From: Candidatus Gottesmanbacteria bacterium
GTDB lineage: Bacteria > Patescibacteriota > Microgenomatia > UBA10105 > UBA927
NCBI GenBank assembly: GCA_016214885.1
Contig: JACRMP010000037.1
Span: 7,675 to 71,674, forward strand
Direction: 5' to 3'
Length of the DNA stretch: 64,000 nucleotides
Shown: piece by piece, positions 27,757-39,348 of the stretch
Numbering within the stretch: position 1 is the first letter of the stretch
Layout: each line of letters opens with the position of its first letter
Program-made: the position numbers and the translations under genes
Notes under the pieces: generated by a model
What the model was told of the DNA's origin: nothing
Seen by the model: only the letters and a program-made list of their open reading frames with translations
Databases searched by the model: none

Positions 27757-28593
27757 CTACGCAAATAATTCCTTCATAAAGGATTGCAGTTTGTTCTGGT
27801 ATTTCTTGAGTGCAGATTTTTTGAGCGGCTTCTTCTTTCCATACAGCTGACCCCCCATAATATATCCCGGCATTTTTTTCATGGAGCGGTTAAACAGAAT
27901 GATGGGAAATAAACTGATAACATACTGATTTAACACCTTGAGCGTCCCCTCTTTGCGGAATCTTCGCAACGACCAGATGAAAAGTGTCTCTCGCAAAACA
28001 TACAGGGTAATACCTGCGGCTTTTAACCGTTGACCGAAATCGACGTCTTCATGGAACGCGTGCTCTTCGTCATATCCTCCCACTTCGCGGAACGCATCGC
28101 GCCGGACAATAGTGAGCGGACCGGGAGTGAGGGGTTTTTTAAAAATAAGCGTTGCTTCAACATAAACATTACCAAAAAGGGTGTAAACTCCGTCTTTCGG
28201 GTCATCGGTGTCGGAACGGAACCAAGTCGTAAAAAGCCGGGTGTCATGAGCCTCAATAAATGCCTTAGCCCTGTCGGTAAAATAAGGCAAAAATATACTG
28301 TCTGCATCGACAAACACATACCACTGTCCGTGGGCTACAGAAGCGCCCAAATTACGCTGAAGCGGTAAGCTGGGCTTTTTGGTCTGGATAATCCTTAAGG
28401 AAGGGAGTATGCGTAAGTATTTTTTGGCGACAGCAACCGTCTTGTCTTTGGAAGAACCATCGACGACGATCACCTCAAAATTTTTGTATGTTTGCGCGGC
28501 AAGCGACTCCAAAAGGCGCGGAAGGAACTTCTCCTCATTTAATGTCGGAATAATTATTGAAAATAAGACCTGCTTCATAGGTAGTCGTCTCAT
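27757..28593 (-). CDS. Glycosyltransferase family 2
   Basis: SIIIPTLNEE, VDGSS.D, DAD and ED motifs. The start is uncertain (28578 or 28593). Confidence 0.88.
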   Translation of the reverse strand: MRRLPMKQVLFSIIIPTLNEEKFLPRLLESLAAQTYKNFEVIVVDGSSKDKTVAVAKKYLRILPSLRIIQTKKPSLPLQRNLGASVAHGQWYVFVDADSIFLPYFTDRAKAFIEAHDTRLFTTWFRSDTDDPKDGVYTLFGNVYVEATLIFKKPLTPGPLTIVRRDAFREVGGYDEEHAFHEDVDFGQRLKAAGITLYVLRETLFIWSLRRFRKEGTLKVLNQYVISLFPIILFNRSMKKMPGYIMGGQLYGKKKPLKKSALKKYQNKLQSFMKELFA

Positions 28594-28694
28594 CGGTATT
28601 ATACGAGGATTACGCATCTGGGGCAACCTTACCACCCTAGTAACGGGGCTTTCTGCCAGCACAAACACCATATAAACGGCATTACTGGCGCAGA

Positions 28695-30410
28695 TTATTT
28701 TTTAGTGTGATTCATCTGGTTATCAAACATCTGGGTAAGTTCTTTAACCGTTGTTACCTGAGCGGGTGTCTTATCCGTACGGATCTTAACCAGTCGCGGA
28801 AACCGTACCGCATACCCTGCCCCGTGATTTGGCGACTTGGTAAGGTCATCACCCGCAAGCTCAACCACTACTTGGGGGCTTACCCACACGTCAGGAATAA
28901 GTGCTTTATTCACTTTCGTGTACGCTGACGGCATTTCGCGGGTATGTATGGCATGCAGCTTCTTTTTGAGTTCTTTCCATAAATCATCACTGACTCCTGT
29001 GCCGATTTTTGTCACCGTAACAAACTGCTCTCCTGTACGCACCCCGACAAGAAGAGCTCCTATACCAAAACTTGTCCTTTTTCCTTCTCCGGCATAGTAC
29101 CCCATAACCACCGCATCGATCGTATCGGTTAGTTTACCCGTCTTCCCCTCTTCTTCTTTAAACTTAACCCAGCTGAATCCCCTCCGGCCTGGCTCGTAGG
29201 GACTATCCCATTTTTTAACCATGGCCCCCTCAAGTCCTTTTTTTAGCTGATCGTCATGATACTGACGGAGCTTCTGAGCGCTGTCAGTTACCATCTGTGG
29301 GGTAACGGCGAGGAGGGTTCCTGGTTTCACCGTAGCTTCCAGTATTTTGCGGCGTTCCGACAGTGGCACCTCAAGAAGATCCTCGCCATTTTTATAAAGA
29401 ATATCGAATATAAAAAACTTGAGCGGCACTGATTTACTGAAAAGTTCGATATTATGCTTTCTCTTTCTCGTAGTGGTCTCCTGGAACGAAACGGTCTTAC
29501 CGGTTGCGGGATCAAGCCCTACTGCTTCCCCATCAAGAATTACTTCGTCAGCATGTATTTCCTTACCTACCTCTGATAGTTCCGGAAACATGGCCGTGGT
29601 GTCTTCCAGATTCCGGGAAAAGGTCCGCACCCACTTACCCCGTTTAAAGTGAAGCTCAACCCGGACGCCGTCGTATTTCGGCTCCACAGCAACGGTTCCC
29701 ATTTTCTCGATCATCTCATCGGCAGTAGGAAGTCGTTGTGACAACTGGGAAAGCACCGGCGACCCGACGCGGGCACGCACGTGTGACAAGCCCTTTATTC
29801 CCTCCCGTTTAACCGTTTCTGCAATAAATCCTATATCGGGGCGTACGTTATATACCTCTTCAAGGCGCGGACGGAGCGACTTATTCCCTGCAAGCATCCA
29901 CGAAAGGCTGTCCAGAATGGTCATCTCAGAAAATCCGAGCCGCAGCTTGTCCAGCGGAATTCGGACGATATACCTGCTGCTCATCGCGTTTACGCGCTTC
30001 AACACGTCTGCAAGCTGGCCTATTTTTCTTTCCTGGGAACCAACACCCCCCGTCGTTGCCAGGTCGTAAAGCCTGACAAATACCTCACTGACATGCATAT
30101 CCGAAGCTCTTCCGCTATGAAGCGTTTCAGCAGCCTTGCCGATATCACCCAATTTTTTGAACTGATTTGCCACCTCATCAGGGTCAGTAGCATATGCAGA
30201 AGCTATTGCCCGGAAAATAAATTTCTCCGCAACGCCGAACTCAATTGCTTCATATAACGGACACACTCTCCCCTGCAACAGATAACAAAGTTTGCCGATT
30301 TCGTCAGCTTCTGCTTCAGCAAAAAGCGTTGCCAAAATCTCCGTTATCGCATTACGGGAACTCGTTTCTTCAAGAGAATTAAGATACGAAGCAAGCCTGG
30401 AAAACTGCAT
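28695..30410 (-). CDS. lig: ATP-dependent DNA ligase (archaeal/eukaryotic type)
   Basis: EPKYDG.R, LDGE, FDIL, EG.MVK, WVKFK and RFPR...R.DK motifs; N-terminal DNA-binding domain. Confidence 0.93.
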   Translation of the reverse strand: MQFSRLASYLNSLEETSSRNAITEILATLFAEAEADEIGKLCYLLQGRVCPLYEAIEFGVAEKFIFRAIASAYATDPDEVANQFKKLGDIGKAAETLHSGRASDMHVSEVFVRLYDLATTGGVGSQERKIGQLADVLKRVNAMSSRYIVRIPLDKLRLGFSEMTILDSLSWMLAGNKSLRPRLEEVYNVRPDIGFIAETVKREGIKGLSHVRARVGSPVLSQLSQRLPTADEMIEKMGTVAVEPKYDGVRVELHFKRGKWVRTFSRNLEDTTAMFPELSEVGKEIHADEVILDGEAVGLDPATGKTVSFQETTTRKRKHNIELFSKSVPLKFFIFDILYKNGEDLLEVPLSERRKILEATVKPGTLLAVTPQMVTDSAQKLRQYHDDQLKKGLEGAMVKKWDSPYEPGRRGFSWVKFKEEEGKTGKLTDTIDAVVMGYYAGEGKRTSFGIGALLVGVRTGEQFVTVTKIGTGVSDDLWKELKKKLHAIHTREMPSAYTKVNKALIPDVWVSPQVVVELAGDDLTKSPNHGAGYAVRFPRLVKIRTDKTPAQVTTVKELTQMFDNQMNHTKK

Positions 30411-30419
30411 ACGGGTATA

Positions 30420-30605
30420 TTACCGGATAAACAAAAAATACGCGGCAGCAATTAATACCAGAAGAAATGCGCCGAAACCGAACGCGACAGATCCGTCTTT
30501 CTCCGCTTTTGCCATTTTACTTATCCCCTGGAACATGACAGCTAAGGCAAAAAACGTCGGGATAACAAGCAATACATAGGTGATTGCGGGACTTGATATA
30601 TCCAT
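30420..30605 (-). CDS. Small two-TM membrane protein
   Basis: 61 aa with two hydrophobic helices, packed between fic and lig. Confidence 0.65.
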   Translation of the reverse strand: MDISSPAITYVLLVIPTFFALAVMFQGISKMAKAEKDGSVAFGFGAFLLVLIAAAYFLFIR

Positions 30606-30608
30606 ACC

Positions 30609-31652
30609 TTAGGTTCGGAGCACGTACCGCGCTCCTTTGGTAGATCCTTCTTTTTTGACTATACCTTTTTTTAATAAGTCCTTCAATTCACGTAAGACCG
30701 TGTCCTCAGAAACCTGGGGGAAAAGTTCAAAAAACGCTTTATTCTGCAAAAAGCCCTGCTCCTGCATAAACTCAATAATTTTTATCTGCCGCTCGGTAAG
30801 TGCTAATTGCTGACCGCCCAATGATTTTTTAATTTTAAGATCGGTCGAAAGCGACTTTACTTTATCTTTAATACGCGTGAGTTCAATAGCCAGCCCTTCG
30901 GTAAAATACTCCAGCCACGCGTTGAGGCTACCAGAAGATGCGCCAACACTCTGAAGCGCTTCGTAATAATGCAGAGGCTCACGATCATAATACTCCTCAA
31001 GCGAAAAAAATCGCTTGATGTCGTACCCCTCACAGAACAGGATAAGGGTAGCCACCGCGCGTGCCACCCTACCGTTTCCGTCTAAAAACGGGTGAATCCG
31101 CACCAGTTCATAATGTACAACGCCCGCCTTAAGTGCCGGATGGATATCATCACCATTCAGCGCGTTCACCCACTCCACAAAATCAGCCAGCAAAAACGGC
31201 ACCTCTACCGAAGGGGGTGGACGGAACGTTATTTCACCGGTCTGCGCGTTTTTGACGACAACCTGAGTTTTTCTATATTCCCCTACCTGATCGTCCGGAA
31301 GAATCCTGTGGGCGACCAATGCGTGCATGTGCTTGATTACTTCTTCCGTAATATTTTTTCCCTGAAACTCATTGATGAACTTTAAAACATTCCGGTAGTT
31401 TAATACCTCCTGAATATCCCGCTCCCGCCCGACAATCGTGTGTCCCGCCAACACTTTTTCCGCTTCTGATTTGGATAAGTCGTTTCCTTCAATGTGAGTA
31501 CCATGATGCACCGTACGCACCAGCGCATCTTCCCTGAATTTTGCCTCCCAGGCAGGAACGAGCGGGCTGTTTTCAATGACTTCTTTCGCGGCTTCGATGA
31601 TCCCTATGGTTTTAAGGATTTTATTGGTTATCGCAAATTGAGGTTGATACAT
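30609..31652 (-). CDS. Fic family protein (class II) with C-terminal winged HTH
   Basis: HPFLDGNGRVAR; inhibitory-like GTHIEGN motif; C-terminal DTVLRELKDLLKKG. Confidence 0.92.
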   Translation of the reverse strand: MYQPQFAITNKILKTIGIIEAAKEVIENSPLVPAWEAKFREDALVRTVHHGTHIEGNDLSKSEAEKVLAGHTIVGRERDIQEVLNYRNVLKFINEFQGKNITEEVIKHMHALVAHRILPDDQVGEYRKTQVVVKNAQTGEITFRPPPSVEVPFLLADFVEWVNALNGDDIHPALKAGVVHYELVRIHPFLDGNGRVARAVATLILFCEGYDIKRFFSLEEYYDREPLHYYEALQSVGASSGSLNAWLEYFTEGLAIELTRIKDKVKSLSTDLKIKKSLGGQQLALTERQIKIIEFMQEQGFLQNKAFFELFPQVSEDTVLRELKDLLKKGIVKKEGSTKGARYVLRT

Positions 31653-31786
31653 AGGTAATCCGCGCTTTACATAATTCCCGCACTATTCCTGTATAATACC
31701 CGCATTGCTACGCAAACGCAATACCGATTATTGGCATATGTGCACCCATACTTTACTCTGTTTATAGGGTGAGTTACTATACTTAT

Positions 31787-32143
31787 ATGACGGAATCCGA
31801 ACTAATGGATCAATCAACGCACGTCACCATCCCGAAGGGGCCGGGAAACGATGACCGCGTCCCCCCCTGGATGCTTATTACTTTAATTCTTGTCATTTGC
31901 ATTCCCGTACTTATTACCTTATTTTTCACCTACCGGAAGCCAATTCCCCAGCAACCTACCAATGTTGTTCTGAACGCTACCCCCACCGAAGTTCCCGTAG
32001 CATTGGGGTTTTCCGGCGATGAATTTATCAGAGGCTGGTATTGGGGAGAAACTAAAAAATTTAATGGCACGCCTACCAATTGGGAATATACGGAAATAAA
32101 CGGCAAACACTGTTGGCATAGTCCGCGGACTATGTGTAAATAA
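31787..32143 (+). CDS. Hypothetical membrane-anchored protein
   Basis: TM helix plus small GWYWG...GTP.NW domain. Confidence 0.7.
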   Translation: MTESELMDQSTHVTIPKGPGNDDRVPPWMLITLILVICIPVLITLFFTYRKPIPQQPTNVVLNATPTEVPVALGFSGDEFIRGWYWGETKKFNGTPTNWEYTEINGKHCWHSPRTMCK

Positions 32144-32996
32144 AGAGCCTCCGCATGATTTTAGGTATCTGCGCCGCCAGGTCAGAAGCATTATAAAATG
32201 GCCCAACTGTTTTGTATAACGCATCTCCCGCCTGTTTATTTATGAAACTACCTGCCAGCACGGCAAGCACCGGGTCGTTATAACAACTTAGCGCCGCTAT
32301 TAGCCCCGCCAGGACATCACCCGTTCCCCCCTTGGTCATTCCTTCATTTCCCCCGTTGATGCGCACCACCTCACCGGGTACACAAACGCCCCCGTCACAA
32401 TCTCCCCCACTGCAAACAATATCCGTCATCCCCTTAAGGAGCACTACACAATGATATGTTTTGGCAAACGCTCTTACCTTATCTTCATCACTTTCTGCTT
32501 CCGCATATGGCGAACCCGCCTGCACCATTTTTTTCCACAGTCCGGCAAACTCCTGATGATGCGGGGTAAGAATTGCGTTCCTGGGAATATCAGATAGCTC
32601 CATCATTTGGAGAGCTCCGGCATCAATAACCCACTGCTTGTCGGGATATCGCGTGAGTAGTGAGTGGGTAAGTATTTTTGTCTCGTCATCTCTAACCATG
32701 CCGGGGCCGATCAATATACAATCATCCTCCGTAATATATGCATCGATTTCTTCCCGAGGAATGATAATACCGTTACGGAACTGTTTTTTAACGCTCATTA
32801 CAATCTCATTGTTTTCCGGCACCGATGAATAATGGACGAGATCAACAACGCGGGAGGCGACTTCCAGCGCCCAAATACTTGCAGCATGAAACAAATGACT
32901 CCCGCCGATAATAAGGAGCCTTCCGTTTTGCCCTTTATGGGATCCTGTTTTAGGAAGCATGAGTGAACGGATACCTTCGAAAGAAAGTGTTTTCAT
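32130..32996 (-). CDS. nnrD: ADP-dependent NAD(P)H-hydrate dehydratase
   Basis: HKGQNG.LLIIGGS, GPG, DAGA, TPH..EF, LKG and GGTGDVLAG motifs. Confidence 0.9.
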   Translation of the reverse strand: MKTLSFEGIRSLMLPKTGSHKGQNGRLLIIGGSHLFHAASIWALEVASRVVDLVHYSSVPENNEIVMSVKKQFRNGIIIPREEIDAYITEDDCILIGPGMVRDDETKILTHSLLTRYPDKQWVIDAGALQMMELSDIPRNAILTPHHQEFAGLWKKMVQAGSPYAEAESDEDKVRAFAKTYHCVVLLKGMTDIVCSGGDCDGGVCVPGEVVRINGGNEGMTKGGTGDVLAGLIAALSCYNDPVLAVLAGSFINKQAGDALYKTVGPFYNASDLAAQIPKIMRRLFIYT

Positions 32997-33017
32997 AAAA
33001 TACCGATGGCCTTCGCA

Positions 33018-34067
33018 TTATAACGCAACAATATCAGCAGATTTCCTTATGTGCTTAGGCACTGATTCAATGTCTGCGCTGGTAATCACGGTTTGCTGCC
33101 TATCAACAATATTTCCGACAAGCTTACGATGCTCTTCATCAAGCTCAGAAAATATATCGTCCAAAAGCAACATGGGGCGCTCCCCTGTTTTTTTCTCTAT
33201 ATATGAAAGCTCAGCGAGCTTAAGCCACAAAACTCCAAGGCGCTGTTCTCCGCGGCTGCCGAACTTATTCAAATCACGGTATCCACTTGTGAGCGTATGG
33301 TGCTGACTAAACAATCCGAAATCGTCCCGATGGGGACCGACGAGCGTTGATTTTGCCGCCACCTCTTCGTCCTTATACTGAAGAAGGCGGGCTTCAGAAA
33401 TAACACTCTTATCATACATAATCATAAAATGATGATCGGCGAGTGCCGTACTGTTTACAAATGTAATATATTCCCCTCTCTTTTGGGTAATATACCCCCC
33501 GGCGCGTATAAGTAGCTGATCCCAAAACAGCAACTGGCTCCGCGAAGCAGTTCCTTCATTGATGCTATCCAGCAGCCTATTCCTTTGACGCACTCCCCGC
33601 TCATAGGACAATAGGTTGCGGCGGTACTCACGGTCTACCTGCACAAGCACCGTGTCAAGGTATCTCCGCCGTATACTCGGACTGTCGGTTACTATCTCCA
33701 GATCCTCTGGCCAAAACAGCACCGCCCGTACGTTGCCGACAAAATCAATAACCCTGCGGGGTATCCCATTAACCAAATGCTTCTTAAGCGGGCTTTTCTG
33801 TCCAGACACGACGCCCGGGGTCAACACGATCTCAACTTTTTCGTCACCGGATTGCCCTATTACCCTCGCCACCTCCGACTCCCAGCGGATAACCTCGCGG
33901 TCAATACCAGCCCGGAAACTCTTGCCGGTTGCAAGGAGCATGATGGCCTCGAGCACGTTTGTTTTTCCCGCGGCGTTAGGACCCACGATACAGGTTACCC
34001 CCTGAGAAAATGCCCATGCTTTTTTGGTATAACTCCGGAAATTATGAAGTGCTAGAGAAGTCAACAT
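33018..34067 (-). CDS. recF: DNA replication/repair protein RecF
   Basis: NFRSY, GPNAAGKTN, GPHRDD, GSRGEQR and LLDD..SELD motifs. Confidence 0.94.
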   Translation of the reverse strand: MLTSLALHNFRSYTKKAWAFSQGVTCIVGPNAAGKTNVLEAIMLLATGKSFRAGIDREVIRWESEVARVIGQSGDEKVEIVLTPGVVSGQKSPLKKHLVNGIPRRVIDFVGNVRAVLFWPEDLEIVTDSPSIRRRYLDTVLVQVDREYRRNLLSYERGVRQRNRLLDSINEGTASRSQLLFWDQLLIRAGGYITQKRGEYITFVNSTALADHHFMIMYDKSVISEARLLQYKDEEVAAKSTLVGPHRDDFGLFSQHHTLTSGYRDLNKFGSRGEQRLGVLWLKLAELSYIEKKTGERPMLLLDDIFSELDEEHRKLVGNIVDRQQTVITSADIESVPKHIRKSADIVAL

Positions 34068-34074
34068 GATGGGT

Positions 34075-34776
34075 TTACGTGATAGTCGTCCCCACAAACG
34101 CCCCGCCGTCAAGAGCAACCGCTAAATTTTGTAGATTCTTTCCGTTCACAATTTTCACCGTTATATCCAGATCCTGCGCCAACTTACTTGCGATAGGATC
34201 AAACGGCGCATTCATGCCGGGCTTCCACACGTCTCCCACCATTTTACGGTAATCTGCCCATGAAATATTGGTGATTGCTGTAGCATCCTTAAATTTATTG
34301 GGGTCCTTGTCATACACTTGATCGACATTTGTCATGTTTACCACCTGCGTAAGCCCATAATCCTGACAAACGGTTACTGCGCAATAATCAGTACTCCACC
34401 CCGGCTTCCAACCTGCAGCAATGGCCACCGGTGACTGGATTTTGAGAATAATCTCGTAGTGCTTAATCACCCGGGGATCTGCCAAATCCTGGAATATTGC
34501 CCTGATTAGTTGTGCATTGAGACGGGTGGCATGCACCCCCAGCCAATCAGCATCGGTATCACTTAAATCATGCTTCCTTACTTCACGGGCAGCCCGCTGG
34601 TAATCGCGGGTGATAGCGCCACCACCTACGGTTATAAAAAATCTCCTGTTTTTGGAGGAGACTTGTTCACGGATGAACTCATGGAAATCTTTAAGGAATG
34701 CGACGTCAATGCCCCCGTTGGGGACAATCAGTGACCCGCCTAATGAAAGAACGAAAACGTCAGGATTTTGTACCAT
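34075..34776 (-). CDS. pyrH: UMP kinase (archaeal-type)
   Basis: SLGGS, VGGG, D.LG..ATR.NA, PGWSTD and YDKDP motifs. Confidence 0.9.
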   Translation of the reverse strand: MVQNPDVFVLSLGGSLIVPNGGIDVAFLKDFHEFIREQVSSKNRRFFITVGGGAITRDYQRAAREVRKHDLSDTDADWLGVHATRLNAQLIRAIFQDLADPRVIKHYEIILKIQSPVAIAAGWKPGWSTDYCAVTVCQDYGLTQVVNMTNVDQVYDKDPNKFKDATAITNISWADYRKMVGDVWKPGMNAPFDPIASKLAQDLDITVKIVNGKNLQNLAVALDGGAFVGTTIT

Positions 34777-34868
34777 CAGTAATACTCCCCTTGTTTAAAA
34801 ATGTCACTCGGTGGCTATTATGCTACCACACAACCAACAATTCTCAAAACAATATGCAGTCACACGGG

Positions 34869-35972
34869 CTACCGTTTAGCCCTATGTAACCTTACAAATT
34901 GTTCTATCTCCTGTACAAAACGCTCCCGTGAAAATTTCTGCGCCTGCGTTCTGCATACATGCGGTGAAAAGCGAATGTTCTGTGATGCTGCTATGGCACT
35001 CACCAGACTGGCGACGGTAGGCTTGTCAAAAAATACGCCTGTAACGCCTTCGATAACTGACTCACGGTATCCCCCTCCCCTGAACGCAATCACAGGAGTG
35101 CCGTTTGCCATCGCCTCTACCGGGGTAATGCCAAAATCTTCATCTGAAGACGTTGCCAAAAACGCACGAGCGCCCGCGTATAATCTGATAAGCTCTTCGT
35201 CCGAAACATGCCCCAAAAACTCGACCGTTTCCCCTGCGTGAGCGGTGAGCTTTTTTAGCTCGGAAGCGTAGCCTGCGGGAACACCCGCTATCTTAAGCCT
35301 GACCCCTAACTGGGTAGCTGCAGCAACAGCCAGCTCCAGTCCTTTGCCGCCCACAATGCGTGAAATCACCAGGTAATAATCTTCTTTTTTCACTTTTTTT
35401 TCCGGCGGTATCGTAACAGGAGGGTAAATAACGGCAGCATCCCTCCGGTAAAACTTGTGGATGCGACGAGCGGTATTTTGGGAATTAGCGATAAAATAAT
35501 CAACCCGCTGGGCTGCTTTCCAGTCATACTGACGCATAAAAAACCCCACAATCATTGCATACCACCGGACAAAGGCATGCTTCTGCCATTCAATACTCGT
35601 TGAATACCCATATAACCACCGGGGAGGCGTATGACAATAACAAATTTCTTTTGCGGATCCTTTTTTCACAAACCCCTTGGTGATATACCAACTCGCACTG
35701 CCCAGTATCACGTCATATCCGGAAAAATCGAAAGAATTCCAAATCAGAGGAGCCAAAAACCGGAGCGGACTATGGAGTTTTGTAGCAAAAAACGGTACGT
35801 AATGCGCCCATGAAACCCGGACATCTTTTCCTTTAAACCGGTTCCACGCTTCACCAGGACGCCAAAACGCTGTGTAAATAGGGGCATCGGGCCAAATACC
35901 GGAAAGCGCCTCCAACACGCGCTCTGCTCCTCCGTATTCACCTATATAATCATGGACAATAGCTATACGCAT
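34869..35972 (-). CDS. Glycosyltransferase family 4
   Basis: GGAERV, YCHTP.R and [12 protein letters not shown] motifs. Confidence 0.9.
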   Translation of the reverse strand: MRIAIVHDYIGEYGGAERVLEALSGIWPDAPIYTAFWRPGEAWNRFKGKDVRVSWAHYVPFFATKLHSPLRFLAPLIWNSFDFSGYDVILGSASWYITKGFVKKGSAKEICYCHTPPRWLYGYSTSIEWQKHAFVRWYAMIVGFFMRQYDWKAAQRVDYFIANSQNTARRIHKFYRRDAAVIYPPVTIPPEKKVKKEDYYLVISRIVGGKGLELAVAAATQLGVRLKIAGVPAGYASELKKLTAHAGETVEFLGHVSDEELIRLYAGARAFLATSSDEDFGITPVEAMANGTPVIAFRGGGYRESVIEGVTGVFFDKPTVASLVSAIAASQNIRFSPHVCRTQAQKFSRERFVQEIEQFVRLHRAKR

Positions 35973-35974
35973 AA

Positions 35975-36952
35975 TCAGAACAGCTCCTGCTGCTGTTGTG
36001 ACGTCTGAGGGTTATTTGCCTTATGTTTTTTTGTCATACTGGCTGCAACAGCCGTATCTGAACCATCACGGGCATACAGGCGCTTAATAAGGGAAGGAAA
36101 ACGGAACCGCTCCAGAACCAGGCGCACTTCCGGTGTAGCAAGGCTATTAATACGTGCGGCTTCGGGATCAAAAACGATCGGCGCATCTGTCCGTATAGTG
36201 GCCAGCGTTTTTCCGAGCAGCGCACTATCTTTCCCGGCAACCAGCTTAGCTTTTACATTTTGATTGGCTATTGCGTCAATATGTCGGTAAATCTTCTCTA
36301 CCGACCCATATTCAGTAAGCAGACGGATAGCAGTCTTGGGTCCGATTCCGGCAACCCCGGGGTAATTATCCGATGCATCCCCCATAAGCGCCTTAAGATC
36401 TATGATGAGTTTCGGCAATACCCCCATACGCTCCGCCACATCTTTCTCTCCATAAAGCCTTCCTTCGGAAAGCCCTTTGGTAGGCATATACACGAGCGCC
36501 TTGTCATCGGTCACCAGCTGCAGTATATCGCGGTCACCGGTCACGATAACCACTTGGTCGATGGAGTGCTGTTTACCCCCCTTAGAACGCACTACAGCGT
36601 CTGTAATGGTGCCAATCATGTCATCTGCCTCAAACCCGTCCATCTCAAAGATGGGAATGTGGAATGCGGCCACTGTTTCATGCACCAAAGGAATTTGGGA
36701 TATAAAATCATCTTCCATCTTTGGGCGCTGTGTCTGGTAACCGCTAAATAACTTTTCCCGGAACGTCGGTCCGGGGCGGTCAAAGGCTACAGCGATGTGG
36801 GTAGGCTTGAGAGCCTGAAAGATTTTAAGGATCATGGACACAAACCCATACACGATGTGTACAGGTTTTCCTTCAGGAGAAGTAAGCGGCGGAAGCGCAT
36901 GATATGCCCGGTGCATGACGGCATTACCGTCAATAAGTACTAATCGGTTCAT
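35975..36952 (-). CDS. Stand-alone 5'-3' exonuclease (Pol I N-terminal domain)
   Basis: LIDG...HRAYHA, EADD, TGDRD and [13 protein letters not shown] motifs; no polymerase domain. Confidence 0.9.
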   Translation of the reverse strand: MNRLVLIDGNAVMHRAYHALPPLTSPEGKPVHIVYGFVSMILKIFQALKPTHIAVAFDRPGPTFREKLFSGYQTQRPKMEDDFISQIPLVHETVAAFHIPIFEMDGFEADDMIGTITDAVVRSKGGKQHSIDQVVIVTGDRDILQLVTDDKALVYMPTKGLSEGRLYGEKDVAERMGVLPKLIIDLKALMGDASDNYPGVAGIGPKTAIRLLTEYGSVEKIYRHIDAIANQNVKAKLVAGKDSALLGKTLATIRTDAPIVFDPEAARINSLATPEVRLVLERFRFPSLIKRLYARDGSDTAVAASMTKKHKANNPQTSQQQQELF

Positions 36953-36966
36953 GAAGATACCTAAAT

Positions 36967-38844
36967 TTACAGACGCTTTTTATCCCCGCCCAACAGAGCA
37001 ACAAAATCATCACCTTCAAGCGTTTCTTTTTTGATAAGCTCTTCGGCGACTTTATCAAGATCCTTGCGGTGTTTTTTAACAAGCTCAAGCGCTTTTTCAT
37101 AGGCCGTATCCAAAAACTTTTTGACTTCACGGTCAATGGCTGACTGCATTTCCTGGGATATTGTCTGCTGTTCATAAAACGCCTTCCCCCACTCCGTCGC
37201 ATCTGTTTGGGGTCCGAAATTAATGGGCCCCAAGTCACTCATCCCGAACTCCATCACCATATACCGAGCAATGCGTGTTGCCTGATTAATATCGTTGGAT
37301 GCTCCGCTGGTCATTTCTTTAAATATCAGCTGTTCTGCAGCCCTGCCTCCCATGGTCATCGCCATCTCATCGATTAACCGTGATTTAGTCTCGTGCAGCC
37401 TGTCTTTCTCGGGCGGGGCCATAGTGTAGCCCAAGGCCATGCCGCGGGAAACAATACTAATTCGGTGTACAGGGTCAAGATGCGGGCTATAGTAATTAAC
37501 AATTGCATGTCCCGCTTCATGATATGCTGTCATTTTCCGGTCAAGATCAGTCTGCAACCGCTTCTTCTCCGGCCCCAATTTCACCTTAGTGGCTGCCTCT
37601 TCAATATCCTTCATATCAATCTCTTTCTTGGCACCACGGGCTGCATGTATTGCTGCTTCGTTAAGCATGTTTTCAATATCCGCGCCGGAAAAACCCACTG
37701 TACGTTTAGCCACCTTGTCCCAATCAACCCCTTTATCAAACGGTTTGCCTTGTGCATGAATCTTAAGAATATCTTTCCGCCCTTCCAGATCAGGAAGATC
37801 GAGTACTACCCGGCGGTCAAACCTCCCTGGTCTCGTAAGCGCCGGATCAAGCAAATCACCGCGGTTGGTGGCCGCCACAATGAGAACTGCAGTGCTCGGC
37901 TCAAATCCATCCATCTCGACCAATATCTGATTTAACGTTTGTTCCCGTTCATCATGACCGCCCATCACACCTACACTGCGCATTCTTCCAATCGCGTCAA
38001 TTTCGTCGATAAAAATAATCGCCGGTGCACTTTTTTTCGCCTGTGCAAAAAGATCGCGAACACGTGCGGCCCCCACGCCGACCAACATCTCCATAAACTC
38101 ACTGCCGGCTATGGAATAAAACGCCGTTCTCGCCTCCCCTGCCATGGCTTTAGCAAGAAGTGTTTTTCCTGTCCCTGATGGACCCACCAAAATAACTCCT
38201 TTAGGAGTACGTGCGCCGAGCAACTTATACTTTGCGGGGTTCTTAAGAAAATCAACCACTTCTTCCAGCTCTTTTTTCGCCTCATCAACACCAGCTACAT
38301 CCTTAAAGGTTACCTTGGGTAAATCTTTATTCCAAATCCTTGCCTTACTTTGCCCGAACTGGAAAATATTATCCTGCGCTCCCCTCGCCTGCCGGAAAAT
38401 AAACAGGAAAAATGCGACAGTCAGCACCAGGGGAAGAACATTGGCAATAATCCCCATCCAGATGGCTCCCGCCGAAAGATCCTTTACATTTATCTCTACG
38501 GATTTGGGGTCTACGCCTGATTTTTCAAGAAGGGTCACCAGTGAATCCTGGGATTCTTTTGTGGAAGTATACGTCGTGTCATCCTTGCGGGTGACCGTAA
38601 GCTTCGTGTCTTCGATATCAATCGTTTTTACTGCCCCCTCACGGACATCTGCAATCACCTTGGATAAGGGCTTTGCTTCCGACTGTGCAGCCTGATTACT
38701 CAAGCTCCCCAGCAAAGAAAAAGTAAAAAAGAGGATAAACAATCCGATAACTACGTTCTTGAAACTGAGTTTCATCGGAAACGGGAATTGCTTCTTGGAC
38801 TTCTTTCCGTTTTTCTTGCCGCTTACGGGGTGTATTTGTGCCAT
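36967..38844 (-). CDS. ftsH: ATP-dependent zinc metalloprotease FtsH
   Basis: 2 TM helices, [20 protein letters not shown] and HEAGH. Confidence 0.97.
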   Translation of the reverse strand: MAQIHPVSGKKNGKKSKKQFPFPMKLSFKNVVIGLFILFFTFSLLGSLSNQAAQSEAKPLSKVIADVREGAVKTIDIEDTKLTVTRKDDTTYTSTKESQDSLVTLLEKSGVDPKSVEINVKDLSAGAIWMGIIANVLPLVLTVAFFLFIFRQARGAQDNIFQFGQSKARIWNKDLPKVTFKDVAGVDEAKKELEEVVDFLKNPAKYKLLGARTPKGVILVGPSGTGKTLLAKAMAGEARTAFYSIAGSEFMEMLVGVGAARVRDLFAQAKKSAPAIIFIDEIDAIGRMRSVGVMGGHDEREQTLNQILVEMDGFEPSTAVLIVAATNRGDLLDPALTRPGRFDRRVVLDLPDLEGRKDILKIHAQGKPFDKGVDWDKVAKRTVGFSGADIENMLNEAAIHAARGAKKEIDMKDIEEAATKVKLGPEKKRLQTDLDRKMTAYHEAGHAIVNYYSPHLDPVHRISIVSRGMALGYTMAPPEKDRLHETKSRLIDEMAMTMGGRAAEQLIFKEMTSGASNDINQATRIARYMVMEFGMSDLGPINFGPQTDATEWGKAFYEQQTISQEMQSAIDREVKKFLDTAYEKALELVKKHRKDLDKVAEELIKKETLEGDDFVALLGGDKKRL

Positions 38845-38940
38845 ACGAGCGACAAGTATAGCATGTTAATCATGACTATTCACCTCCCGGCAAATTGACT
38901 CTGGCAGTGTGCTGTTGCACAATCAAAAACGGGCGCCATT

Positions 38941-39345
38941 ATGAAGGACATGGTTGAAGGAGCACTGTACTTTCTTATTCATCCGCAACATCAGCATGAA
39001 GCGGGTACCCAGCAGGCCAGAACGCTGTGTTATTTTACTCGCGTTAAAAATCGCCTACAACGGCGCGACATATTAACCGAACAAGACGGTATGGTGACTA
39101 CTGCCGGTAGCACAAATCTAAGAAATAGCGCGGCCCTCACCTTTGAACGCGCCTCCGCCGAAAGCATGCAGGGAGTTTTTGACCGGCTCATGACACAACC
39201 GGGATTACATGACCCTCACCAATTTCTGATGACTATAGCGCGTCTCAAAGGAGTAGCCGAAAACTTACCTGAATCAGAAGCCGGTAACTTTTTTCGTGCG
39301 ATGATACGTGCAGAGGTTGCACACGGCATAGAAGGTGAAGAATGA
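38941..39345 (+). CDS. Hypothetical protein
   Basis: 134 aa ORF filling the gap between ftsH and trpS; no motif recognised. Confidence 0.55.
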   Translation: MKDMVEGALYFLIHPQHQHEAGTQQARTLCYFTRVKNRLQRRDILTEQDGMVTTAGSTNLRNSAALTFERASAESMQGVFDRLMTQPGLHDPHQFLMTIARLKGVAENLPESEAGNFFRAMIRAEVAHGIEGEE

Positions 39346-39348
39346 TCG

